A stretch of 64,000 nucleotides of DNA, taken from positions 18,066,628 through 18,130,627 of the forward strand of contig CM119263.1 of assembly GCA_051294375.1 (NCBI GenBank), read 5' to 3'. Below the pieces are notes generated by a model. The model saw nothing but the letters and a program-made list of their open reading frames with translations, did not search any database and was not told where the DNA came from. Within the stretch, counting starts at the first letter, position 1. Every line of letters starts with the position of its first letter. Below are positions 12,101 through 24,100 of this stretch, piece by piece. This DNA comes from Paraspadella gotoi. Lineage: Eukaryota; Animalia; Chaetognatha. Made by a program: the position numbers and the translations under genes.

Positions 12101-15100
12101 TAAAGTCAGACTGGAACCTCCACTAAAAATCCTTTTTTTTAAATTCCACTACTGACCCAATGCGTTTTTCTCCTCCTTGAGTTGAAAAAGCGCGGCGTTG
12201 GCCTCTTTCAATCGAGATTTCATTGCCTCAATGTCGATTTCCGGTTTATCGTCAGATGTCGTCGGCGCGACCGGCGTCGATTCGGTTTTCATCGACATTA
12301 GCTGGGAAAACTCGGCTTGGAGACGTCGATAGATGCTGGAGAGATGCTTCAAATGCCAAGACTCACGTAGCTCTCGTCTCTCTGCAAAATAAGTAAAGAG
12401 AAAGCTTTACAGTTGACGAAAAAAAAAAGAGAAAAGCCGCCATCGAGCAGTTACCACTTTCTCCCGGTTACCTTCAATCTTCATTAAAACTGCTTCCCTC
12501 TCTTCCGCGACATCCTCTATTTTCAATCTTCGCTCCTCCTCCTCTTGTTCCTCCCTCATCCTCCTACTCTCACTGCGGAACTCTTCGGCGATGGCCTCCA
12601 TCGACGCCTTCAGTCGCTCCTTCTCCTCGTCGTTCCAACTCGTCGTCAATTTGGCGACGGCGCTTAATTGTTCGACCGAGAGGATGCGGTCCACCTCTTC
12701 CAGGAGACGAGCGTATCGTGCTTCCAGTTGATCTAGGGATGAAACATATTAAAGATTTACCCACTTAAAACGATAACCTTAGAGAAATTAAAAATCTTAT
12801 GTGAATTATGAAAGAAAAGAACAAACATCCCCATCCCAATAATAAATAAACATTATTAGATTTAGAGAATTAAACATAAATAATAGTAATTAAATTGAAA
12901 AAAATTATAATATTTTATAATCTAAAAACTTAAATTATTGAAACAAGTAATTTGAAAATTTTCTTGAAATTGATTAAAATACAGCCTACAGTACCATTCA
13001 TCAATTTTATGAATCAGACATTTTTGGCCATCATTTCTTCTCTTTTTATTTAAATTTTTGTTCGGAACGAAATTAAGCTCTCAAAATCAAAGAAACGTGG
13101 CTCGCGGTCTTTGTGGTCGCCGTTGGAATAGAAGTTCACCGAGAGAAAGCAGTGCGAAAACTCGTGTTCTTCGAAAAATTCAAACAATATTTAAAGACGC
13201 GGGGGAAGAAAAGAAAATTTGTTGGAGAAACAAATAATCAAGACCGAAAGGAATTCTCAGCGAGGAGGTAACGTAACCAGAATAAACTGACAAAACTTTC
13301 TCTTCTGCATGAAGCCGTTCTTTGTGATACAATATTATCACTTTTGCTCGACACACATTTCTTAATTATCCTCACCTTCGATGGCCACGATTTCGGACAG
13401 TCTCTCTCTTTCAGCTTCTTCCATCTCTCCCTCACGCTCCTTTCGCCTCGCGTCTTCAGCTTCTCTCTCCTTTTCCCCGATGCGTCTTTCCAGATCTGCG
13501 ATAGCATCGAGCTTGGCGGCGAGTTCTCCCGCGTGGACGTCTTTGATCGAACCCAGTTCCAAGTGGTGCTCCTCGCGGGCCAGTTGCATCTGGGTTTCTA
13601 GTTCAACCTTAGAGGAAATAAATTAACTTTAGCAAAATAAATAGCGAGACAGGTTCAAATATGAATGAGATAATATCGGACACATTCCTTAAATCATCTG
13701 TCATTTTCACTGCGAATTGGCTCAGGGCTCAAACCTTGAATTCCCTTTCCAGTTTCGCCTGTTGCTCCTCGTGCTTTAGTTTGAGCCTTTGAATGACGAC
13801 AGCCTCTTCCTCCTTCAATTCATTGACTGCGGCCTCGTGCTCCTTCGTCAGCACCTCCATAGATCCGCGCAGTTGTCTTTCGTGCGCCGACTTTGCCGCC
13901 GATAGCTGGCGTCGCCGCTCCGAGTCCAGTTCCCCCCGCACCTTCCCTAACTCCAACGCCATTTCTTCCTTCATCGACTCCAACTGAAAATAGGGTGAAA
14001 AGTGAATAGAATTTAAAAACCTAGAATTTCTTTCCCCCGTGTTATGATTTTTGTTAAACTTAAACTGCAAAACATTTCGGAATTTAGAATGTTTGCATTT
14101 TGATTTCGAAAAATATATAGTACCCGAAGCGTAGATGATAAAATTTTAGAAAATTAAAATTTAGCATATAAAACAAATAAAAATTAATAAAAATATCAAT
14201 AAATTTATTTGTTAATTTTATAAATTAGTGGGCACCATTGAGCTATATTTATAAATAGTAATATAATAGGCTAAAATTTCAAAATGCAAATTTTTAAATT
14301 TTAAGATCGGATTTATTATCATTTCATCCCTGGAAAAAGGACACTCTACGCTTCGGGTACCGTATGTAATTAAATTTCAATAATTGAAAAATTCAAAAAT
14401 GACAGAAGTTGCGCCTGATGTGCTCTCAGGCTCCAGATGATCGCTAATTTCTTCGCCAAAGAGCAATATCGTACAGGTTTATTTAAGATAACCGGATGAA
14501 TAAATAAACCAATTAATAAATTCGTTACTAGTGGTAGGAATTACTAGTACATACATAGAAGCTGTTACGTTAGCAAATGTTCTTTTTTCACAATTAAAGT
14601 ATGACCCTAAAATCATGTCTCCAGAATATTCAGACTGATCAAAAGTTCAAATCAACTTTTTACCTCCCACATTTCGCGCAATTCGTTTGAGAGAACAGAG
14701 TTGGCGAGGCGATTTCCTACTGAAACATCGTCGGAATCGCTACCAAAATCTCTGTTGTATTTAGATTTGATCGACGACAAAAGATTCGAGTCTGACTTGG
14801 AAATCACGAGGGAGTCCGCCAAAAGCGGCATCGACCCGCCAGGGGGAAGCGAGTGGGTCAAAGAGGTCGTGGACAATGTCGTCGGAGATTTGGAAGGGAT
14901 TCGGTTCTTCCTGGCATCCTTCTCTCGACTCCGGTCCAACTGAGCGACGATGAGTTTAGAGGCGTTTCGCAAAGCGTGGAAAGAGGGAAACCGTTTCCCA
15001 CCAAAGAGGGAGGATTTGGCAGTATTTTGCGGCGATCGAATTGACGGAGATAACGAGGCCGACGAGAGCGAACGAAGTTCGGCGATAGGTGCGGCGTGGA

Positions 15101-18100
15101 CGTCGGGACATGGAGTAACGAGGATACAGGGAACGACGGCGGCTGCGTCAGCAGTGTCGTCTTCGGAAGCCACGTCGGACGCCGCCATGGAAGCGGCCAA
15201 ATATTTTTTAGCTAATCCAAGTCATTGCAACACAAGAGAAAAGTTCACACAAGATAAAATGCGTTCCGAAGCTTTGCGAAAATTTGAATCTGGGTCTAGA
15301 TCGTCTTCTCTAACGGAGGACAGCAGTTCTTTTGATGCGTGACATCGGTGAAGAGAAAAAAAACCGAAAGACACGACAAAGAAGCTTGAAAATACAGACG
15401 ATAAATTTATCAACTCCACCAACTGCGATAAAAAGAACTAGAAAAAAAGCTCTCGGATCTCGTGAATATAAAGGATTGATTGATAAAAAGAGAAATGCAG
15501 CATGCGACGTTTTGGTCGTCTATTTGGTAATCTCAATCCCGCGCCAGGAATTTTAAAAAATCTGTTGTCGGGGAAAAAAATGCGAATCGCATGCGTTTGT
15601 AAAAAAAATAAAAATGTCAAGAAATTCTTTATTCTAGATTAACTAATTAGAGTTAATTTAATCACATGGATTAATCATTAAGGCTTGCGAGTGCCATATA
15701 ATTATACTTAATAAGGAACGAAAGCCCGCTATTATTAATTATATTATTATATATTATCATATAATAGTATAATATTACATGGTAAAATTGTATATTCACT
15801 GTTTAGCAACTTCCAGGTCGGTGATTTTTTTTTCATCTTATGAGCACAAATGCCTATTATATTAATTATTATGTTCTTATATTAAAATTCCGATAAAAAC
15901 CAAAAATTTTAATAAATTCTTTTATTTTTTAAATTGTTTTAAATATTAAATTGTGTAAGGAAATTAAGCTCAGACATAAAATACGTTTTAATGTATTAGG
16001 AGAGCAGAAAAACCAAATGACAAGATTCTAAGACTTAGACTAAGTCGGTCATTCATGCTCAAAAAGAGACACATGGGATCTCGAGAGCACGCGACGATAA
16101 CATTCGTCCGTAAAAACAGGAGAATATTCGATGCATCTGAGCAAAGGTTTGGCGCGAACCACTGCGAGGCACGAAAATAAGGAAATCAAAGGAAAAAAAT
16201 GTTGAAAAGAAATTTACGAAACGAGCTGATATCAAGATAATTTAAGCATCGATCGTTAGTTATTTCCGTTTTTTCTCCAGGGGGCGACTCTTGTGTTTGT
16301 CTGGATCGTGCGGAGGAGAACCACTCGGAAAAAGAGAAACAGTAAAGAAGAAGATGGCAATCGCCCTTTAAAAAAAATTAAAAAAAGAATAAGCTCTGCG
16401 GTTTAGCGCAGGAGAGCGAAGGCGCCAGGTCAGAGCATCTAACACATGGCAGCGATAAGGAAGCCACGGCTGCCGCCGCAGCAGCCGTGGGCGCAGGTAA
16501 GTGCGCAACCATCGATTGCGAAAAGAGGTGGGGCGGACAATGAAGTTAAAGAACTATCAGTCTAACAAAACGCCTATATTGAGAGGCGCCATGACGAAAT
16601 TAGGTTAACAAGGTAACGGGTAACCGTTTAAACAAACTGAACGAGTTGGTCTAGATTTAAAAATTGAGAAATTAACGTATAAACTTGCGTTTGAAAAAAA
16701 AGTTGATAACGGGACGCGAAAAAAAGGATAATCCGTTTGGTCTTCGGTTCGAGAAAAAAACTCACCTTGGAGTTATAATTCTTGGAAAGCTGAACCGGGC
16801 ATTGCGCCCGTAAATTCCCTCGACTTTTTTTTTGCTTGAAGAAGCTGCTCATTTTGCCGAACTAATTTTGTAATTATTTTTATTAAAATAGTTATAATCC
16901 AGCTCGATGCCGTATATAAGACACGAGAGGCATATGATTAAAACCTGCGGTTCTCAAAAAAAAAAAAAAAAAAAAGAGAAAAAAGGAAAAAAAGTTGTTT
17001 TGTTAGATTTTTTTTGGTCGATTGATCTTCAATGGTTTTCAAAACAACTTCGATCGCCCCTATGTCAGTATGAACTACCCTGTGGCACACCATATAACCT
17101 CGCCTGTTACAAGCATTTATATAAATTGTGAATAATAAAATATTATTAAATATTTATTAAGAAGGCACATTTTTTTTCTTAAATATTTTGCTTTATTTAC
17201 CAAAAAGGAAAATATACAGCAACGAGAGAGACAAATTACAAGACCCTTTAATTGTAAATTTTACAAAATAAAAAACATACTGAAGAGACAGTTATAATTG
17301 TTAGCCCACCATATAACTAAAATAAAATTGGTTTGTTTTAAAACAAGAATAAAGTTTTATTGTTTTAATTTTTATCATAAAAAAATTGAAGTAATAACTA
17401 ATAACAACAAACTAATATCTCCAATACATACAATCATTTAAAAAAAGAAGCTTGGTTAATATTAATTCACCTGTTATTAATGCTGCTCAATGTTTTTTTA
17501 GGGCCCCGATTCAACGAAAAAGAATTTCCGTCGCATTGTCGATCGTTGAGTATAAAAATAGCCGTTGACGGAAATACAATTTTAAGCATAAAAGAGGGCA
17601 ACTTGTATACGAGTATGAAGAAGTCCTGCGGAGTACGTAATGTAATATTTTTTATTCAAGATTATATTGCGAAAATTTACCCAGTTTTATGCGTGATGGC
17701 ATGAATTCGGTAACTTTCAAAAATTCCGAGAGCTGCATTATATAATTTTTTATAACTCTTTATTAAACCAATAAGGAGTTAAAATTTACGTGTGCGGTCG
17801 TAAGAGGATTCGGCTAGTCCATTACGGTTTTGTTCTCTTTGGGCGCGAAAGAGTTTTTTTTTTTTTCGTTTCGCGTCCAAAACTGATCCCGCATCGATGT
17901 TTAAGTCGAGTTCGGCGCGATCCTCTTCGTCAGTACGAAGAGACGCTACGCGTGGGTGAGGCTAAGACCAGGGTTACTCGATAAGTCGGGGAACATTCAG
18001 AGATTGCATGAAAATTTAACCAAAAAATCGTTGAAAGAGAAGTTATGCAATTAAAGAGAACTAAAATATTTAAAAGGATGCATCTCAGAGCATGAATCAA

Positions 18101-21100
18101 TCTTATTAAAACGAGAAAAGGGAAAACCAACGACCTACATAATAGTCAATATACGAATATATAAAGCAAGTCTGATGAGAGAGAGAGAGAGAGAGAGTCG
18201 TGGGTGAATCTGTTGAGTCTCACTTCCAAATCAAGACCTTGGAATCTAAAGTAAAGCTGACGGTTCGAAAGAAATCAGAGCCAAAAAAAGAACATTTTTT
18301 CTTTTTTTGCCTAGGAATACCGACTACTAAAAAAAATTTATTAAAATTCGGAGAGAGAGAGAGAGAGAGAAAAAGAGTGAGAGAGAGGACATCCCAGGGC
18401 GAGAAATACAAAATAAAAGCATGAACACGTCTGACAAAGTCGATGAGGGAACTCGAATTTAGAACTCATCTCGACCGAAAATCCTAATTTGTCGTGAATC
18501 ATCTCTTTTACCACCACAAAAAGAAGCCAAGAAAGAAAAAAAATAATTGGGGAGACGATTGTTTCTGTGGATAGAATGTTTCATAGTATTTTGTTTTTAA
18601 TTATTTTTTTTAATCTGCGGATTAAAACTTTGCTTATCCACCCGCGTTAAAACAGATCTAAAGGATCTATTTCTAACGTTTTGGAATTTTTGTACTTTTT
18701 TAAAGGTTTTTTTCTTTTTATTTCTTTTTCATTTTTCATTGTAATTATGGCAGAAAAAGATGAGGTGTGCGTGCAATGTATGAAGAGAGCGGATGGGCGA
18801 ACAGTTTCCTGCAATTGGGGTTTGGTGGAAGGAATCCGAAAGCAGGTCCTTTAAGCGGCCTTTTAGGCGGTTCTTCACTTGAGTTAGGTAAAAACAATTT
18901 TTTTAACAAATTAGGCTGCGGCGTTAAAAAAAGAAATGGAGGACGGAAAAGAGGATTTTATGGCATCCACGTAAATTTCACCAGTCATATCTAATTATGT
19001 TTATATAAACAAGTAGAATGGATGAAACTCCCCTCAAAATAAACGAAGGTACCAGATGTCATACTGCGATCCTCGATGCGTAGTTGGCAAAATAGGAGGG
19101 GAAACCTACGGAGCCGGAGGAAAGTGTCCAACGATCAGTGACAGACGTAGAACAATTGAGGCTCATAAGCCACCATGCATGCCAAAAGGTTTAAGATATA
19201 AATTGAAAATAGATTATAAGATGTACGATATACTTCTGATGGATAAAAGACTAAGTTAATAAGTTAATTTTTATAGAATAATTTCACATCTTTTATTATC
19301 ACTTACTACTGTTTAATGAGCGCAATGAGGACTTTAAAAAAGAATGTTCTTAAGATCTCATCCCTGAGTTTCGTCCCGACACTCACCCGTCCGTCTTTAT
19401 GAGCACGCGCTTCGATCACAAGAACCACTCGATGACATCTGACCCCTGCAACAGGTGTGTTAATGCGTAAGCGTTAAAACATTTCGACAACCCCATTTCA
19501 CTAACACCGTCACAGGTGCGACCTTGGCTCTGGGCAAATGATTCACCACGTTAAAACCTATGTGGACAGGAGTAACGCCCCAACAATGAAAAGCGACTAC
19601 TGAAAACGATGGTTTTCTTATTTGCTTGTTCGCGTAGTTCTTAGAATGGTGGGTGCGAGAGACTCTTACCACATTTTCACAATGCGAGTTCTTACAATAT
19701 CTCTCATGGGCCCATTGAAAGAAACAAACCAGGGTTCCCCGCTTATTTTCCAAAACTGTCCAAAAAAACTGCTTCCGTGTCTTTACCCACGGAATACATC
19801 TTTTCAAAACTCGATATGGGTCATGAAATGACTTCCTATTTGAAAAGAAAGAAACTTCTTGAACCTTGATTAGAATCCTCGCACACGATACATGGATTCT
19901 TTTGTTTTATGGCTCGAAGAGGCTTTTTGTACATGATTCATTTAGAATTAGTTCTCCAGAGACTATTTTAGGACGCCGCGTATTTTTCATCGATGCTGAT
20001 TTTATTTACTTAGTCTTACTGAAAAATAATTTGAATTTTTTGGGAAAAAAAAATTTCAGAACAGAATTGGATAAAATTGTTTTTCTACAATTAAAAAAAA
20101 TGAAGCAGAAATTAACCGCGGAAGCGATTGCTACGTTAGACAGGATTCACCCATGGGACAGAACGAAGATCACAGCCGGAAGGGGTCATTCACAGACTAC
20201 CTGGAGATACGACCTGGCAAGAAATACACATACGAATATAATATATTTTTTCAAATAAAATGTTCCATTCGCCGACAGGAACCCGTACGACTAGGCAAAG
20301 GCGCCGTCATCTTCACCGGGCCCAATGCTTTGACAGACTATCGCACAAGGGTCGAGATAGACCACCGATATGTCGGCTGTTCTCTTCAGGTACAATTAAA
20401 TTGAAGGTTGCCAAATCTCACTTCTTTCCCTTCCGTAACTATTCAATCAAGTTTTCCTGAGGGAGTAGGAATTTCTCTCCTCCAAAAGTCGGGCTTTCGA
20501 TCCAAGAATTTTCTCTTTGTCTCAATGAAAATAGTGGATCTACCGAAAATCAAGATTCAAGACTCAGAGATATCAAGGATTCGGGGGAATTTAAAAAAAA
20601 AGGAAAAGGGAAATGATGAGTCACCATTTTTTCTCAATCTTAAATAGGAATCCTTTATCATAGTGTGGATAAAGCGATAAGTGGGCTGAGGACTGCTATC
20701 CGTATATTCTGTGCCCCCTCAGTAGGTCCTGTGCCTGGAATCAGGCGCGTAAGGTGGCCTACGGCCGTCCTCAGGTTTCCAGCAGGGTAGGTACCACCAG
20801 GAATCGATTCCGGTACTTAATGGTCATGACACGATGGTATTACTCACTACCGGGTCACGACCGGTCACAGGCGGGGTGAACATATTGCAATGCCCGACTA
20901 CAATAGTAGCTAAGATTACGTAGCTATAAGGAATGTGCGACATAATTAGCTTCAATTTGTGGAAAATAAACTATATTGGGGTTGGGATTAATATCGAGGT
21001 GAGAGACCATTAAAGCGCTTTTTCCAGTTTAATTCGAACGCTTAAAGAGTGTATAACCTTTCCTAAAATATTTTAGAAAAATGCATTTCTATAATATAAA

Positions 21101-24100
21101 ATCTTAGCTGTATAGCCCGCATTTTTAAAAATTATTTAATAGAGTCCCGACGCAACCAGCGAGTTGGATTACTTATGGCGAAGTGCTCCTGGCCAGCCTC
21201 ACCCAAAGGTTAAGCGTCGATGGGTGGGAGAAGTGGGCTGGGGTCTCGAGGACCTCACCGACTGGAGTGTAATTAAAGTAAGTCCCTGGAGAAATGAAAA
21301 TAGGAAAGTATATTTAATTAGTATAATTAGTATAATTACCAATTTTTATAATTTGTCACCCGCTTATCAGTCGGGGTATCAAATACGAAGAAAAATTTAC
21401 AGACAAGCCAACGAAGACCGTCATGCGCACAGAATGTTAACAGCGTGGTGGCCTAAGCCTGGTAAGTCAATGAGATGCTACCTTGCTCATAAGTACAAAT
21501 GTTTAACTGATTTCCAAATCGACAGGCGACGAAATCCCTGAAATGCCAGATCAACTCGAGCACAACTACTGGACCCTGAATTTTATACGTCGACCAGTGT
21601 GGGCCAGAAACGTCGATCCATGTGTTGAGTGTCACAAGATTCACCGAGATGATGCATCCTGTGGCCGGACCCCTTTTACATATCTCAAAAAAGGGGCAGG
21701 GGCACAATCTTTAACGCGACCGCAAATTCCCTCGGCTCAATAATTCATGGAGTTTATGAAAAAAAAAGAAGATTTTTCGGAATGCATATCATCTCAAGAA
21801 TGAAATGTTAATTGTATTTTAAAATTTGAGTACAGAATAAAAGAAAATCTTAAACACTTCGCCCTTAGCGTCGAATTTAATCAACATCGAATATCAGATC
21901 AGACACTTTTTTAATCTCTGGGCGATAACTCGGAGTCTGTCTTGGGAAATGAGACCGTTAAGAAAACGACAGGACTATTCGATTAATCATGGAAGACGTT
22001 AAACTAAATTAGTATCGACAAAGTAGATTTTTATGCAGCATGAAAAGAAGACGACCTCGGCCAACTTATGTAAAGTATCTGAACAGATCGCGTGTCTCTG
22101 GGTTTACTTAAAAACTATCTAATTCCAAAACTTTGGATTTTGGGAAAACAAAGGACAGTCGTCAAAATAATTTCTTCGTTGGACGAAAGAACGTTGGACG
22201 AGAGAACGTCGAACAGAAGAGCTCAAATTATTACCTTACTTTTAACTGGAAAATGACATAACGACAATAATGGATTTTATAAATTTACAAGAAAATTTAA
22301 ATTTTTTTTTAGATTACATTTCCTCTAAACAAATTTTAGCGGATAGACAATGTCAGGTATCGCTCAAAAAAGAGCTAACTAACTATTAAAAGAAGAAGTG
22401 ACAGAAAAGTTTTCATAAAGGGTGACGCTATTCTCTAAATTTTAGCAGTGCTTGAAGAAAGAAATATATGTAATAATGAAACCAAAGAAATAGATGTCAT
22501 ACATTTGCAAAACCCTATCTATCGTGACTATTCTACTATTATACTATTCTAAATGTTTAATAAGTTCCCAATGATCCAAAATATTGTTTTGTAATAAAAT
22601 AAAGAATCTCGTATCAAAGTTACAATGCTTTTTTGTTAGTACATCAGCGGTGCACGATTTGCAATGTAACAAAAGTCAACATATAGATAGGGCATGCAAA
22701 TGAAATTTTAAATAAAATACAGTCCTGTGCAAAAAAAAACGCGCCACTTCATATCTTTCAATTCCAGACAGATTTGTTTTTATTAAAAAAAAATTATAAA
22801 ATGAAAAAGGCTATCATTGTAGTTGTAAAAAAGCTTTTAACCTTCAGATTACTCAAACACACATTCCAATATCTATATCTGTAAGACAAACCAAAATTTT
22901 AAAACATTTCATATTTTTTATAAAAATATTTCTTATAACAAGAAGCTCTAATTCAAATATAAAAAAATTGATTCTTTAAAATTCGATCATGCCATTGAGC
23001 ACATAAGAAAATAAGCAAGCTGGACTATTGGGAATTAAAAAAAAAAAAGTCAACTATTTTTTTACCAGGTTAAAAAATCTAATGGTCAGTTAACTATTTA
23101 ACCTTAAGTCGTAAGTCACGATTTAGATAAGTTCAAGAGTCGCTGAGGTTGTTCTTATTGTTGTCACCAAATAAATTGTTTTATCAAATATTTAACCACA
23201 GTATTTGATCATTTCATTTAACTCCCATTTGAAATCCATATAAAAGCTTCAGAATCATGGACCTATCTTTCATCATATATTTTAATATTATTATGATTAT
23301 AATATATTAATTATTATATATAATTATATTAGTTATCCTTCTGGATATCCAGTATAATTTTTTTTTAAGTCTTAAATAAAGTGGCGCGTTTTTTTGCACA
23401 GGACTGTAGTCTGTAAGTGCGGCAATGTGATTATTAATAATATAACAAATAACAGGTGAAAAAATACTGGAAGACTTGAAAAATTTATCAAGAGGTTTGA
23501 GTCCAGCTGTCAAAAAAATATATACAAATAAATAAAAAAATATATTTTGCATCAGACTGTGTAACATTTTAAATATTAAATTCAGTTCATTTCATCCACA
23601 TTAAGCTGGATTGATGCCAGACATTGGACAAGCAAGAAAGATATTACTCAGGCCTGTAATAAGATTATTAATAAAATCTAAAACGACGTAAACCACGATG
23701 GCGAAGAAAATGGCGGAATTTAAATTTTAATTTTTTGAATGGCGTATAGCAGCGACTTGATAGTAAAACCGAATTTCGAAAAATAAAATTTTCCCGATAG
23801 TCATTTGAAAGCTCTAGAATCTGAAAATGAGGGCAGGCCTTGCGAAGGGGACGATTACCTGTCGACGGTGTTGATCTTCCATTGATTCAATCGATTCTTT
23901 ATGGGTCGTGATGATACGATTCTCTTTCACCTGAGAACAAACAAAAACAAAAATACCGAAAAAAATATATTAAAAAACCAATAATTTATTTAAAAGAGGT
24001 CTAATAAAAAAAATTTAACCAGTTTTTTTAATAAATAAGGAAAAACCTTACCGAAAACTCCAGATCCAATTCCTTCCTAAGTTTGGCGAGATCCTCGGCG

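Noticed and set aside
16281-17640. Possible further plus-strand nested gene (GATLVFVWIVRRR..., EATAAAAAAVGA|gtaagt, GPRFNEKEF)
   Set aside because: No start or consistent frame could be fixed, and minus-strand exon-like readings compete. Left unresolved.
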